A stretch of DNA of 64,000 bases, from contig CAZKLT010000004.1 of assembly GCA_964553825.1 (NCBI GenBank), positions 3,137-67,136 of the forward strand. Reading direction: 5' to 3'. Both the position numbers and the translations under genes were made by a program. This stretch comes from an uncultured Gammaproteobacteria bacterium (GTDB lineage: Bacteria > Patescibacteriota > Microgenomatia > UBA10105 > UBA927). Below the pieces are notes generated by a model that saw only the letters and a program-made list of their open reading frames with translations, was not told the DNA's origin and searched no databases. Positions 8,652 through 18,153 of the stretch are shown one piece after another; position 1 is the first letter of the stretch; each line of letters opens with the position of its first letter.

Positions 8652-9689
8652 AATTTTCGCTTGTTTTATTTGTTTGCTGGTTGTCAAAATCGGAAGAAAA
8701 TCCATACCCCGAATCCATACGAGGCCCGGTGGAAGGGGATTAACGCGTCGTTTCGGAAGGTGAGGCATTTCTCCGAAAGCCAGCTTGGTGTAGATAAGCG
8801 GCATATTCAGGCCTGCGTTGGTGAAAAATTGGTGCGTCGTAAAGAAGCGGCCGATATTTATTTCCGTGGGATTGGGGACTCCCCGGGCGTCGTAGGTGAG
8901 GTCTGCGCCATACAAACCATGGGGAGCCGGATCAAGGGCAAGAATCGCTTTCCTGGCTACCTTGTCCACGGTCGCGTCGCGAATAGTGACGCCCGCGCCC
9001 GTTACTCCCGTGATTCCTGAGGGGGCTATTTTGCCCATCTCCCAATACAGCCGTTCGCGTCCCTGAGCAACGATTAATTGTCCTGAATGCCAAATAGACA
9101 TCCAGGTAACGCTTCTTTTTGAGAGGTAGGATGCCGCCGTAAAATGTCCCCAGCCCTCATGAAAGTCAATCCATGCCTTTGCCTGTTTGACGCTGGTGGC
9201 AGCAAGGGAGCCACGACCGGCGGCGCCCTGAATATCGCGTAGCCAGAGTGGAGTACCGAGTGCTTCAAACGCGCGAGTAAGATCAGCGGGCCGCCTGAGA
9301 AGCAGGGTTTGGGGAACGGTAAGACCTGCTTTTTTCCATGCGAGGTAGGATTGAAATTTATCCTGACAGGTGGAAACGACACCATCTGCGGGAAGAAAAA
9401 CCCGAGCGGCCAAATGGTTCCGCATACGACTTATCCATGCGACCTCCTCGTCGTTCTGTGCATGGATAAATGTTATCCGTTCCTTCTTGATAATCTCGTT
9501 GATGACGGCTAAAAATCGTTTATCCGTCGCTTTGGGTACCAGGTATCGTGTATCCGTTTCGGCGCGAGCCAGGTAGTAGGGGTTGGCGTCGGTGCCGACG
9601 AGGTAGAACGGTTCGCCCGCTTCCCGCAGGGATCGAACGAAGTTGGTAGAAGGAGCGCCGCCAGCTCCGGCGATAAGTATGCGTTTCAT
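8643..9689 (-). CDS. ATP-grasp carboxylate-amine ligase
   Basis: MKRILIAGAGG..., 'DKF.SY', 'GAAGRGS' loop, 'ADL......P.PTEIN.GRF'. Likely start ATG 9689; the track ORF extends to 9731. Confidence 0.85.
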   Translation of the reverse strand: MKRILIAGAGGAPSTNFVRSLREAGEPFYLVGTDANPYYLARAETDTRYLVPKATDKRFLAVINEIIKKERITFIHAQNDEEVAWISRMRNHLAARVFLPADGVVSTCQDKFQSYLAWKKAGLTVPQTLLLRRPADLTRAFEALGTPLWLRDIQGAAGRGSLAATSVKQAKAWIDFHEGWGHFTAASYLSKRSVTWMSIWHSGQLIVAQGRERLYWEMGKIAPSGITGVTGAGVTIRDATVDKVARKAILALDPAPHGLYGADLTYDARGVPNPTEINIGRFFTTHQFFTNAGLNMPLIYTKLAFGEMPHLPKRRVNPLPPGLVWIRGMDFLPILTTSKQIKQAKIPA

Positions 9690-9702
9690 AGTATTTTTGC
9701 CA

Positions 9703-9864
9703 TTTCTTTGCTCACCCAAAGAAATGTGCAAAAGAAAGGGTGCCGCGGTGAAGGTTTTTTTGTTTTTCTAGCCTCGCGCAGTGCGGCTGACCCTCGGTTG
9801 AGGATCAACCGTGTCCGCACGCTTGCCGCTCGGCAAGCAAAACTACAAAAACACTTCAATGCGG
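9703..9864. repeat. Structured intergenic repeat, copy B
   Basis: TTTCTTTG-CTCACC-CAAAGAAA-N6-AAAGAAA-GGGTG, then a long stem CCGC..TGAAG...CTTCA..GCGG enclosing CCTC-GGTT-GAGG. Confidence 0.8.
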
Positions 9865-11010
9865 TTATCTATTCAGTTTGCTCACTAGGGTTAATATGTT
9901 TTCGATAACATATTCCTGTTCTTCTTTCGTTAAGCCGTGATACATGGGGATAGTGAGCGTTTCTGCCGATGCGCGCTGGGTATGGGGGAGGGAAAGCCGC
10001 GGATATAATTTTCTGTACGGAGTTTCCAGGTGAGCTGACGGTATTCCCCGACGCGTGGCAATACCTGCATCAAGCAGTTTCTGCATGAGCCGGTCACGGA
10101 GCGGCGCCCCTGCCCGCAAACGGATCATATAGGATTGGTAGGTGTGGAAATATCCTTCAGGGACGAAGGGCGGGACGATGACGCTATGTCCGGAGAATGC
10201 CTCAGTATACCGTTTGGCGGTTTTCTGCCGTGATGCCAGAATCGTCTGGAGTTTCGTAAATTGAGATAGGCCAAGTGCCGCATGGATATCACTCATGCGT
10301 AGGTTGTAGCCGATGAGGGGATACGATTCAAAAAGAACCTTCTTGCTGGCGTCACGCTTCTTGACGTCGATGGATGCGCCATGTGCCCGCAACAGTGAAA
10401 CCGTGTGGGCAAGCGATCTGTTCGCCGTAACAAATACGCCCCCTTCAGCGGTTGTAATTGCTTTCCGTGGATGAAAAGAAAAAGCCCCCCACGTGCCCCA
10501 GTTGCCGACATGTTTGCCATTGATCGTTGACGCCAATGCGCAGGCACAATCTTCAAATAGCTGTATTTTTGCTGCCCGGGCTATCCGGAAAAGCTCCGGA
10601 AGATTTGCGGCCAGTCCTACCTGATGGACGGCAAGGATGCCACGGGTTTTTTTCGTGATTTTCCGTGCGACATCCTTCGGATCCAGATTGTAGGTGTCAG
10701 GATCTATATCCACAAAAACGGGCGTAGCGCCTGCGTGGACAATACAGTTGGCGCTGGCGATAAAAGAAAATGACGGGACGAGTACTTCATCACCCGGGCC
10801 AATGCCGCTTGCCAGCAGCCCAAGATGCATCGCAGTCGTCGCGCTTGATGTGGCCACCGCATAAGGACTTTTGACATAGGCGCCGATTCGTTTTTCAAAT
10901 GCTTCAACCTTCGTCCCTTGCAACACCCATCCGGAACGGACAACAGAGGCTACTGCCTGTTCATCTTCTTTGGTAAAAAACGGTTTGGCAACAGGAATAA
11001 GTTTTTTCAT
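9865..11010 (-). CDS. DegT/DnrJ/EryC1/StrS PLP-dependent sugar aminotransferase
   Basis: SSATTAMH, GDEV..PS.SF.AS, ED.A.A, FSFHPRK.ITT.EGG and GYN.RM. Likely start MKKLIP at 11010. Confidence 0.95.
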   Translation of the reverse strand: MKKLIPVAKPFFTKEDEQAVASVVRSGWVLQGTKVEAFEKRIGAYVKSPYAVATSSATTAMHLGLLASGIGPGDEVLVPSFSFIASANCIVHAGATPVFVDIDPDTYNLDPKDVARKITKKTRGILAVHQVGLAANLPELFRIARAAKIQLFEDCACALASTINGKHVGNWGTWGAFSFHPRKAITTAEGGVFVTANRSLAHTVSLLRAHGASIDVKKRDASKKVLFESYPLIGYNLRMSDIHAALGLSQFTKLQTILASRQKTAKRYTEAFSGHSVIVPPFVPEGYFHTYQSYMIRLRAGAPLRDRLMQKLLDAGIATRRGIPSAHLETPYRKLYPRLSLPHTQRASAETLTIPMYHGLTKEEQEYVIENILTLVSKLNR

Positions 11011-11024
11011 ATATATCTTGATCA

Positions 11025-11184
11025 TTTCTTTGTTCGCTCAAAGAAATGATCGAAAGAAAGAGCGGCCAGTGAAAATATTCTTATGATTCTATCTTCGCCT
11101 GATGCGGTGGATCCTCGGCTGAGGATCGGCCGTTTCCACACGCTCAGGACTCAGCAAGAATCAACACAGAATATTTTCAACGGC
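11025..11184. repeat. Structured intergenic repeat, copy C
   Basis: TTTCTTTG-TTCGCT-CAAAGAAA-N6-AAAGAAA-GAGCG, then a long stem GCC..TGAAAATATTCT...AGAATATTTTCA..GGC enclosing TCCTC-GGCT-GAGGA. Confidence 0.8.
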
Positions 11185-11641
11185 GTAATTTTACCTGCCT
11201 CACTTTTGTATCATGTTTTTCGAATTTACGAGTTGACCCGACGATCTTGCCTGGGACACCCATCACGAGTGAGTAGGGAGGGATGGTTGCATGTTCGGGT
11301 ATCACCGCCCCGGCGCCCACGACTGAGTGATGCCCAATCGTTACTCCCATAAGCACTACGGCGTTGGCCCCTATGAAGCAGTAGTCACCGATCGTCACAT
11401 TTCCGGTATCAATTTGATTATAGCGTCGTTCACTGATACAACGGTGTACGGTTGAGTGGCTGATAATCTGGGCGCCGGTGGCAATATTGCATCCGCGGCC
11501 GATCGTAACACGGGCGTGCTTGGCGTCGATCAGCGTGAACGCGCCGATCCATGTTTCTTCCCCAATAACGGGGCTTCCCAGAATCCATGCGTGGGGATTA
11601 TAGGGGTTGGGAGGTATGCCTTCGGTGGGCGTGCGTTTCAT
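11177..11641 (-). CDS. Hexapeptide-repeat (left-handed beta-helix) acyltransferase
   Basis: IG..TWIG, IGRGCNI, IGDYCFIGANAVVLMGVTIGHHSVVGAGAV and GVPGK. Confidence 0.9.
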   Translation of the reverse strand: MKRTPTEGIPPNPYNPHAWILGSPVIGEETWIGAFTLIDAKHARVTIGRGCNIATGAQIISHSTVHRCISERRYNQIDTGNVTIGDYCFIGANAVVLMGVTIGHHSVVGAGAVIPEHATIPPYSLVMGVPGKIVGSTRKFEKHDTKVRQVKLRR

Positions 11642-12630
11642 TACCAGTTTTTGTCGGGTACGAGTTTTAACAGTTTATTGGCGTCAGGATAGGATTGTTT
11701 CACCCAGGCGATATATTTTTTTATGCCGGTCCTGATATCAATCTGTGGAGAGTAGGAAAGGGTTTTTTGTGCCTTGCGAATATCTGCGTAATGCCGCATT
11801 ACATCATTTGGACGGGCAGGCTTCATGACGGGTGTGTCAGGCATGCCAATTTCTTCACTGATAATGCGCGCAATTTCACGGATAGTGACTTCTTTCCCGC
11901 GGGCAATATTGATTGCACTTCCCAGGAGCGCATCTGACTGTGACGCTTGTATGATTCCCGCAACGGTGTCGGTGACGTAGGTGAAGTCCCGCGTTTGGGC
12001 CCCTGTGCCAAAGATCATCGGCGCCTTTCCGTTGAGCGCACGAACCACAAAGCGGGGAATCACCTCCCCGTACACGCCTTCAAAATGACTTCTGGGTCCG
12101 TATGTGTTGAAGGGACGAACGATAAGCGTCGGGAGTCCCTGGTGATCGTGAAAATGCTTCGTGTACAGTTCGCCCATGTATTTGCTCATCCCGTACACGG
12201 TTGTCGGGTTTATGGCATGTGTTTCCGGGATTTTGGGTGTTGTGGCGCTTCCGTATACCTCAGACGATGAAATGTAAATAAACCGTTTAACGCCCGCCTT
12301 TTGGGCAGCAAGCAGGGCAGTGAGGGCGCCCGTTGCGTTCACCTCGTGGACATATTGCTCGTCTGAAAGAGACAGGCGTACGCACGCAGCGCTGAAGTGA
12401 AATACCATGTCAACGGATTTCATCGCCCGGGTAAGCGCATCGCGGTCCAAAACATTTCCGTGGATTACCTTTGTCGCACCGAAATGCTTGAGCTGATCCG
12501 GTGTGGTTACGGAAGAGAGAAATGCGTCGTAGACAGTGATATCAGCCTTATTTGCCAGTGTTTCTGTAAAATGAGAACCGATAAATCCAGCGCCTCCGGT
12601 GACGAGAATTTTACGTCCAGATAATTTCAT
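11641..12630 (-). CDS. NAD-dependent NDP-sugar epimerase/dehydratase (GalE/WbpP-like)
   Basis: [32 protein letters not shown] and G.G.QTRDF. Likely start Met7 (12630). Confidence 0.93.
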   Translation of the reverse strand: MKLSGRKILVTGGAGFIGSHFTETLANKADITVYDAFLSSVTTPDQLKHFGATKVIHGNVLDRDALTRAMKSVDMVFHFSAACVRLSLSDEQYVHEVNATGALTALLAAQKAGVKRFIYISSSEVYGSATTPKIPETHAINPTTVYGMSKYMGELYTKHFHDHQGLPTLIVRPFNTYGPRSHFEGVYGEVIPRFVVRALNGKAPMIFGTGAQTRDFTYVTDTVAGIIQASQSDALLGSAINIARGKEVTIREIARIISEEIGMPDTPVMKPARPNDVMRHYADIRKAQKTLSYSPQIDIRTGIKKYIAWVKQSYPDANKLLKLVPDKNW

Positions 12631-12706
12631 GCCCACGCATAATACCATACGCCTGTCTGCCGGTGTATTGCGTCATGTTGGACACAATGTAACAATGTAG
12701 ATATCC

Positions 12707-13456
12707 ATGGCAGACGACAAGAAAATAGCTTCGGGGTTACACCTAGCCCAAAGTGATATCGCGCAGTATATTCTAGCGGGTGTTTTCGTGGGGCTTGTGT
12801 TAACCGGATGCTTCAAGTACACGCAATTAATCGGAGAGGCACAGGGACTCACGCTTCTGAACCGGACGATGTCTTCAGGCACAATATTCCTTCTAAGTGC
12901 CGTTCTGCTTATTGGCCCGATGAACCGGTTATTTGGCGGCATATGGCGTACGCTGTTTATCCTGCGCAAGGAAATAGGCATGTATACGTTTCTTGCGGGA
13001 TTTGTGCACGTGTATTTGTCGATGTTCCCTCTGGCGCGCAGAGGGCCGTGGGGCTTCTATGAATCGCGGCCGTGGTCTGCCTATCCGGGCCTGGCGGCTT
13101 TGCTTCTGATGGCGATTCTTTTTTTCTTTTCCTTCGTGCGGACACAGAAAATGTTACCTTCTTCGCTTTGGTGGAAGCTTCAGTATACGGGTGCGCGTAT
13201 CGCACTTTTGGGACTTGTCGTCCATACCGTTGTCCTGCGGTGGAACGCATGGGGCACATGGCTTGGGCAATGGTGGAAGGGGGAGACCATATATCCGCCG
13301 CTTGCATTTTTGGCGGTTGTATTTGCCCTGTATGTGACCAAAGTGAAACTGGCGGAACGATGGAGCGGGGTGAGCGCCAGGAATTATGTGATCGCCGCAA
13401 GTTTTTTCCTTGTTATTTTCGTGACATTTCTTTTTGTGTTTCCGTCTCTGCGCTAA
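12707..13456 (+). CDS. Ferric-reductase-like transmembrane protein (MsrQ/YedZ-like)
   Basis: 249 aa with 6-7 TM segments; L.IGP, 'RKEIG', TM His (FVHVYL), 'WWKLQ' and a second TM His (VVHTV). Confidence 0.65.
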   Translation: MADDKKIASGLHLAQSDIAQYILAGVFVGLVLTGCFKYTQLIGEAQGLTLLNRTMSSGTIFLLSAVLLIGPMNRLFGGIWRTLFILRKEIGMYTFLAGFVHVYLSMFPLARRGPWGFYESRPWSAYPGLAALLLMAILFFFSFVRTQKMLPSSLWWKLQYTGARIALLGLVVHTVVLRWNAWGTWLGQWWKGETIYPPLAFLAVVFALYVTKVKLAERWSGVSARNYVIAASFFLVIFVTFLFVFPSLR

Positions 13457-14563
13457 TCACGCCGCAAAAAAGCGTTTCATCGTCCGTACAATGAAGGAAA
13501 TTTCCCGGTCTGTCAGTTCTGCATATATGGGCAAGGTAAGCATGGTTTTTGCCCGCATTTCTGCAACGGGAAAATCGCCTGTTTTGTATCCCAGGAACCC
13601 AAGAGCCGGAGTGAGGTGGAGGGGAACGGGATAGTGGATACCCGTATGAATGCCCTGCGCATTGAGGTAGCGCGCCAGTTTGTCCCGTTTGGCTGTACGT
13701 ATCACAAACAGATGGTAGTTTTGGATTTCATCCTTTGCCGACGCGGTGGGAAGCATGATATCGCCGACTCCCGCAAGTTCGCGGAGGAAGATACGGGCGA
13801 TATCGTTTCGTTTCCGGTTCCACGCATCAAGATGTTTGAGCTTGACTGTCAGAACAGCGGCCTGGATGGTATCGAGGCGGCTGTTGACGCCCAGGCGTAC
13901 ATGGTCGTATTTTTTCTTTTGGCCGATATTGCGAAGTATGCGGATTGTCCGGGCAAACCGTTCCTTCTTTGTGACAATGGCGCCGCCGTCCCCGAAGGCT
14001 CCCAGATTTTTCCCGGGATAAAATGAGAATGCCGCGATATCGCCGAATGCTCCCGCCTTCACGCCCGCCAGCGCGGACCCGTGCGCCTGTGCGGCATCCT
14101 CCATGAGGATGAGCGAATGCCTTCGGGCGATGGTTGAAAGCGCTTTCATGGGTGCCGGGCGCCCAAACAGGTGGACGGCGAGTATTGCTTTGGTTTTTTT
14201 CGTGACTGCCCTGGCCACCGCGTCGGGATCGATCCTGCCCGTTTCGTCACAGTCAACGAATACGGGGGTAGCCCCCAGCTCAATAATGGGCAGGACGCTT
14301 GCGATAAACGTGTTGACCTGAACGATGATTTCGTCGCCCCGGGTTATGTCCGTCGCTTCAATCATGAGTTTGATGGCGTCCGTTCCGTTGGCAACGCCGA
14401 CACAATACGGCACATGAATATAGGAGGCAAATGCCTGCTCAAATTCGCGTACCGCATCGCCGAGGATAAAGTCACCCTTTTTGCATATTTCGCCAATCGC
14501 CCGGTCTGCGTCTTTCTTTATGGCCGTGTATTGTCGTGCCAGGTTGACGAGCGGAATATTCAT
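13457..14563 (-). CDS. DegT-family sugar aminotransferase (WbpE/FdtB-like)
   Basis: NGTDA, EDAAQAHG, FSFYPGKNLGAFGDGG, NSRLD.IQA and HYP.PLH. Confidence 0.95.
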   Translation of the reverse strand: MNIPLVNLARQYTAIKKDADRAIGEICKKGDFILGDAVREFEQAFASYIHVPYCVGVANGTDAIKLMIEATDITRGDEIIVQVNTFIASVLPIIELGATPVFVDCDETGRIDPDAVARAVTKKTKAILAVHLFGRPAPMKALSTIARRHSLILMEDAAQAHGSALAGVKAGAFGDIAAFSFYPGKNLGAFGDGGAIVTKKERFARTIRILRNIGQKKKYDHVRLGVNSRLDTIQAAVLTVKLKHLDAWNRKRNDIARIFLRELAGVGDIMLPTASAKDEIQNYHLFVIRTAKRDKLARYLNAQGIHTGIHYPVPLHLTPALGFLGYKTGDFPVAEMRAKTMLTLPIYAELTDREISFIVRTMKRFFAA

Positions 14564-15021
14564 CGGGAAACGGGGCGGGCAGGATTTCCAATAACGGTTG
14601 CGCCGTCCGGAACATCGCGCGTAACGACGGCACCTGCTCCCACAAGCGCGTTTTTGCCGATGGTGATACCCGGGAGTATCGTTGCTCCGGCTCCAATGGA
14701 GGCGCCGTCACCGACGTGTGTTCGGTGCATCTGCCAGTCGCAGGCTTCTTTTTTTGTGCCGTCAGGATTGGTCGCTTTAGGATACCGGTCATTGGTGAAG
14801 GTAACATTTGGTCCGATAAACACGCCATCTCCGACCGTGATTCCTTCCGGGATGTATACCATGGCCTGCAGTTTGCAGTTTTTGCCTATAACGACGCCGG
14901 TTTTGATTTCGACAAATGAACCAATAGACGTGCCTTCTCCGATCGTGCATCCGTAAAGGTTCACTTGATCGGGATGATGAATAAGCACGTTCTTGCCGAG
15001 CTTTACGTCATTTTTGATCAT
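14560..15021 (-). CDS. Sugar N-acetyltransferase (WbpD/WlbB-like, hexapeptide repeat)
   Basis: VNLYGC.IG, FIGPNVTFTND.YP, GASIG.GATILPG and GNPAR. Confidence 0.92.
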   Translation of the reverse strand: MIKNDVKLGKNVLIHHPDQVNLYGCTIGEGTSIGSFVEIKTGVVIGKNCKLQAMVYIPEGITVGDGVFIGPNVTFTNDRYPKATNPDGTKKEACDWQMHRTHVGDGASIGAGATILPGITIGKNALVGAGAVVTRDVPDGATVIGNPARPVSR

Positions 15022-16052
15022 AGTTTTTTTGATCGGTCCCTCGCAACAACAGCAACTGGCTTGCCCTCATGCCGTAACGATTTTGTGGCTGCTTCAATAC
15101 AGCGTACCACCAAGAGACCCTGATTGCCATCGGCTTGTGGACGTTTCCCGGTACGGATCGTGCGGGTAAATTCAGAAACGACACCAAAAAGCGCTTCCCC
15201 GACGCCAAGCTTCGGGACAACCGCAGTACCGCTTCTGTAGCCAACGCGTAGAGCATACGCCTCTTTGGGATCAGATGTTACGGAAACGCTTTTGTCGTAT
15301 ATTTTTATTTTTTCTGAGGGCTCCATATCGTCATAGACAACCATTTTTTTTGTGCCGACAAAAATCATCCGCCGAATCTTAATAGGGGATAACCAGCTGA
15401 CGTGACTGTGTAAAAAGAGGGACTGGTCATAGGTGGCCGTGATGTGGGCAACCGTTTCCTGGTGGAGGTCTTCCTGTGCAAGTCCTGTTGCGGAAATTTT
15501 GGTCGGCGTTTTGCCGAACAGATACTGCATGATAGAAAAATCATGAACGGCAAGATCAGCAACGACGTTGCTGTCCTTTTGGAAAAGTCCGAGGTTGGTG
15601 CGGACACTGTCGACATATATGACGCGCCCCAAAGTGCCGCGGTCAAGGATTTCCTTCAGTTTCCGTACTGCGGGCGTATAGAGAAATGTATGATCGACCA
15701 TCAGCACTTTTTTTTCACGGTCAGCAAGTGTTGTGAGTTTGAGAGCGTCCTGTGCGGATGCCGTCATCGGCTTCTCAACCAGGACATGTTTGCCTGCCAG
15801 GATAGCCTTTTGAGCCAGCGGAAAGTGGGTACTCGGTGGGGTGACAATGATCACTGCGTGCGTTTTGCTATCGGCAAGCACATCATCTATATTTTTTGTT
15901 GTCCGGACCGTGGGATACATGCGGGGAATTGCCGCAAGAACCCTCGGGTTTACATCACAAACCCACGAAACCGATACGTGGGGAAGGAGAGCGAGGTTTC
16001 GGACGATGTTCGGGCCCCAATAGCCAAATCCAATAACTGCGATACGCATCAT
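15018..16052 (-). CDS. Gfo/Idh/MocA oxidoreductase (WbpB/WlbA-like sugar 3-dehydrogenase)
   Basis: IG.GYWGPN, TP..TH, GKHVLVEKP and DLAVHD. Likely start MMRIAV at 16052; the track ORF extends to 16118. Confidence 0.92.
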   Translation of the reverse strand: MMRIAVIGFGYWGPNIVRNLALLPHVSVSWVCDVNPRVLAAIPRMYPTVRTTKNIDDVLADSKTHAVIIVTPPSTHFPLAQKAILAGKHVLVEKPMTASAQDALKLTTLADREKKVLMVDHTFLYTPAVRKLKEILDRGTLGRVIYVDSVRTNLGLFQKDSNVVADLAVHDFSIMQYLFGKTPTKISATGLAQEDLHQETVAHITATYDQSLFLHSHVSWLSPIKIRRMIFVGTKKMVVYDDMEPSEKIKIYDKSVSVTSDPKEAYALRVGYRSGTAVVPKLGVGEALFGVVSEFTRTIRTGKRPQADGNQGLLVVRCIEAATKSLRHEGKPVAVVARDRSKKL

Positions 16053-16166
16053 ACTGGCGCCAACAATACAGGAAGCGTGCATAATTTGCAAGGCAACTAT
16101 TGAGAAGCTTGACAGCAAACCGGAGAAAGTACATCATAAGGAAGAGTTCGTTGCCGGCACGATACT

Positions 16167-16622
16167 ATGTTTGAATCAAACAGCAGTTTACCGTTTGAAC
16201 CCCATCATGCTCCCGGTCTTGGTAAGTCTGTGCTTATTGCAGGAATGCTTATTCTTATGGTTACGCTGGGCGTTGTCGTCATGTTTTCCCAGCAGAATAC
16301 GGAACTTCGCAGTAGGGCAGCGTATCCGCCTGTCGGCGAGTTGTGTAATGGAAATCCTAAGCCGACCTGTCTGAAAAGCGGTGAAGTTGCCGAGTGTCGT
16401 GATCAAGGATGGGTTTGTAAAGTGCCAACACCCACGCTGCCGCCGCAGGTTACCCCCGCCAAGCTTAAGTCAGGCGCCGACTGTGGAAGCGATTGTTACC
16501 GGGCGTGTGAAAGCGGCGTAGGCTGGTCTGGCAAGTGCCGGACGAGACAGGCGTATTGCGAAGCGCATAAAAATCCCGTTATGCGTGCAGCCTATGGTTT
16601 GGTAACAATCGAATGCCCTTAA
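16167..16622 (+). CDS. Signal-anchored Cys-rich surface protein
   Basis: A TM helix followed by QQNTELRSRAA, a motif common in Microgenomates surface proteins. Two small Cys-rich modules are separated by a PTPT linker. Confidence 0.75.
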   Translation: MFESNSSLPFEPHHAPGLGKSVLIAGMLILMVTLGVVVMFSQQNTELRSRAAYPPVGELCNGNPKPTCLKSGEVAECRDQGWVCKVPTPTLPPQVTPAKLKSGADCGSDCYRACESGVGWSGKCRTRQAYCEAHKNPVMRAAYGLVTIECP

Positions 16623-16677
16623 GATTGAGAGCGACATCCTGTATGCGTTGACAATCCCCAGTTGATACAATGAGCTA

Positions 16678-18153
16678 ATGCGGCGCCTCGTTACGATTGC
16701 ACTGATCATTCTCCTTGGATATCTTCTCTGGTGGCGTTGGCAGGTGGCACAGACCCGATTTTTTGATGTCGATGAATTCAGCTATCTGCATTGGACGGCA
16801 AATATTGTCAAAGGCGAGCGCCCGTATATTGATTTTTTTCTCATTTTCACGCCGGGTTTTCTTTGGGTTTTCGCCCCTCTGGTCAAAGCGTATTGGATGA
16901 GCGCATCTGTTTTTCTGGCTGCACGCGGACTTGCGTATCTTATTTTCCTTGCACTGCTTGCTGCCGTATCATTCCTGTTTGCCAGGACAAGAAACAAGCG
17001 GTGGGTTCTTTTACCGGCAATTATTCTTGCCTTTCTTCCGATGCCCTACGACAAGTTTCTGGAGGTACGTCCCGATAATTTTGCAACATTGCTCGGTTTC
17101 GTGGCGCTCACGTTTGAATCACTGGCATTTGTGCAAAAGAAGCGTGTGTACTGGTTTCTTGCCGGAATGGTGTATACCGTTTCGGTCATTGTATTTATCA
17201 AGATGATACCGTTTCCGTTTATCGGCGTACTTGTCGCATTAGGTGCATGGATGAAGCGGGAGATTGATGCCCGTGATGTGCGCACATTTATATTGGGCAT
17301 GGTGATCCCTGGGATACTTCTCTTGGGTTGGATGGCAACCCTTGGTGATCTGGGCTACATTTTATATTCGGTCCTCAAGCTTCCGTTTGAAACAAACCGC
17401 GTGGGTCAGGTGGATATCATGGAACCGCATTTATTCTTCTTTCCCAATGCATCATTTTATGGCGGATGGGGTATGACACTTGGTCTAATCACAAATCACT
17501 TTTGGTGGGTCATGGGTCTTCTTGCCGGGGTGTACCGGTTATTCACGCCGTATATTACGGCGGCGGGGGATACGCGGAAAACTTATGTCGAATACCTCGT
17601 CGGCGGCATATTTATCGTGTCGGTTTATGGATACATCCAGTTCTTCCCTCTCAAGCACAGCCAATATCTTATACCGATTGCGGTGTTCATCGCGTATTAC
17701 AGCGCCGATTGGCTCAGCGCTCTTTTCGAATGGGTGGAACGCAGAAGTCCGTGGCTTTTTCTGTGTATATTATTGGCTGGATCTTTCGTGCTTGCACAGG
17801 CGACAATTACCGTGAACCGTATGAAACTTGTGGCCTCAAATTCTCCTCAACTTGCCCACATGGAGCAACTGTTGAAAACCGTTCCGGCAAACGCACGCGT
17901 GTTTGATCTCGAAGGAAAAATGCTGTTCTGGGAGGATGCCTACTATATCTGTTGCGTGTCGGTCGGAAGCTTTGTGCATTATATTTCCCGGCCTCCGGCG
18001 CCGCTCATTTCCGCGTTGAGTGCCGAAACGGAATATATTTTTCAGGGAGAAAGCAACCGGCTTTCGGCGCTTTCACCATCAGAGCGTCTCCATATCGCAA
18101 CTTACTACGAGCCAGTCCCAGGCTGGGGAGACATGCTTCTTGTTCGCAAATAA
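16678..18153 (+). CDS. GT-C (GT39/PMT-like) membrane glycosyltransferase
   Basis: First loop 'DVDEFSYLH', 'G.RPY.DFF...PG', 'EVRPD', and many TM segments. Confidence 0.75.
   Translation: MRRLVTIALIILLGYLLWWRWQVAQTRFFDVDEFSYLHWTANIVKGERPYIDFFLIFTPGFLWVFAPLVKAYWMSASVFLAARGLAYLIFLALLAAVSFLFARTRNKRWVLLPAIILAFLPMPYDKFLEVRPDNFATLLGFVALTFESLAFVQKKRVYWFLAGMVYTVSVIVFIKMIPFPFIGVLVALGAWMKREIDARDVRTFILGMVIPGILLLGWMATLGDLGYILYSVLKLPFETNRVGQVDIMEPHLFFFPNASFYGGWGMTLGLITNHFWWVMGLLAGVYRLFTPYITAAGDTRKTYVEYLVGGIFIVSVYGYIQFFPLKHSQYLIPIAVFIAYYSADWLSALFEWVERRSPWLFLCILLAGSFVLAQATITVNRMKLVASNSPQLAHMEQLLKTVPANARVFDLEGKMLFWEDAYYICCVSVGSFVHYISRPPAPLISALSAETEYIFQGESNRLSALSPSERLHIATYYEPVPGWGDMLLVRK

Noticed and set aside
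8559-11184. Intergenic repeats as simple terminators, IS ends or integron attC sites
   Set aside because: They are too long and complex for terminators. No transposase, integrase, target duplication or RYYYAAC/GTTRRRY core sites were seen.
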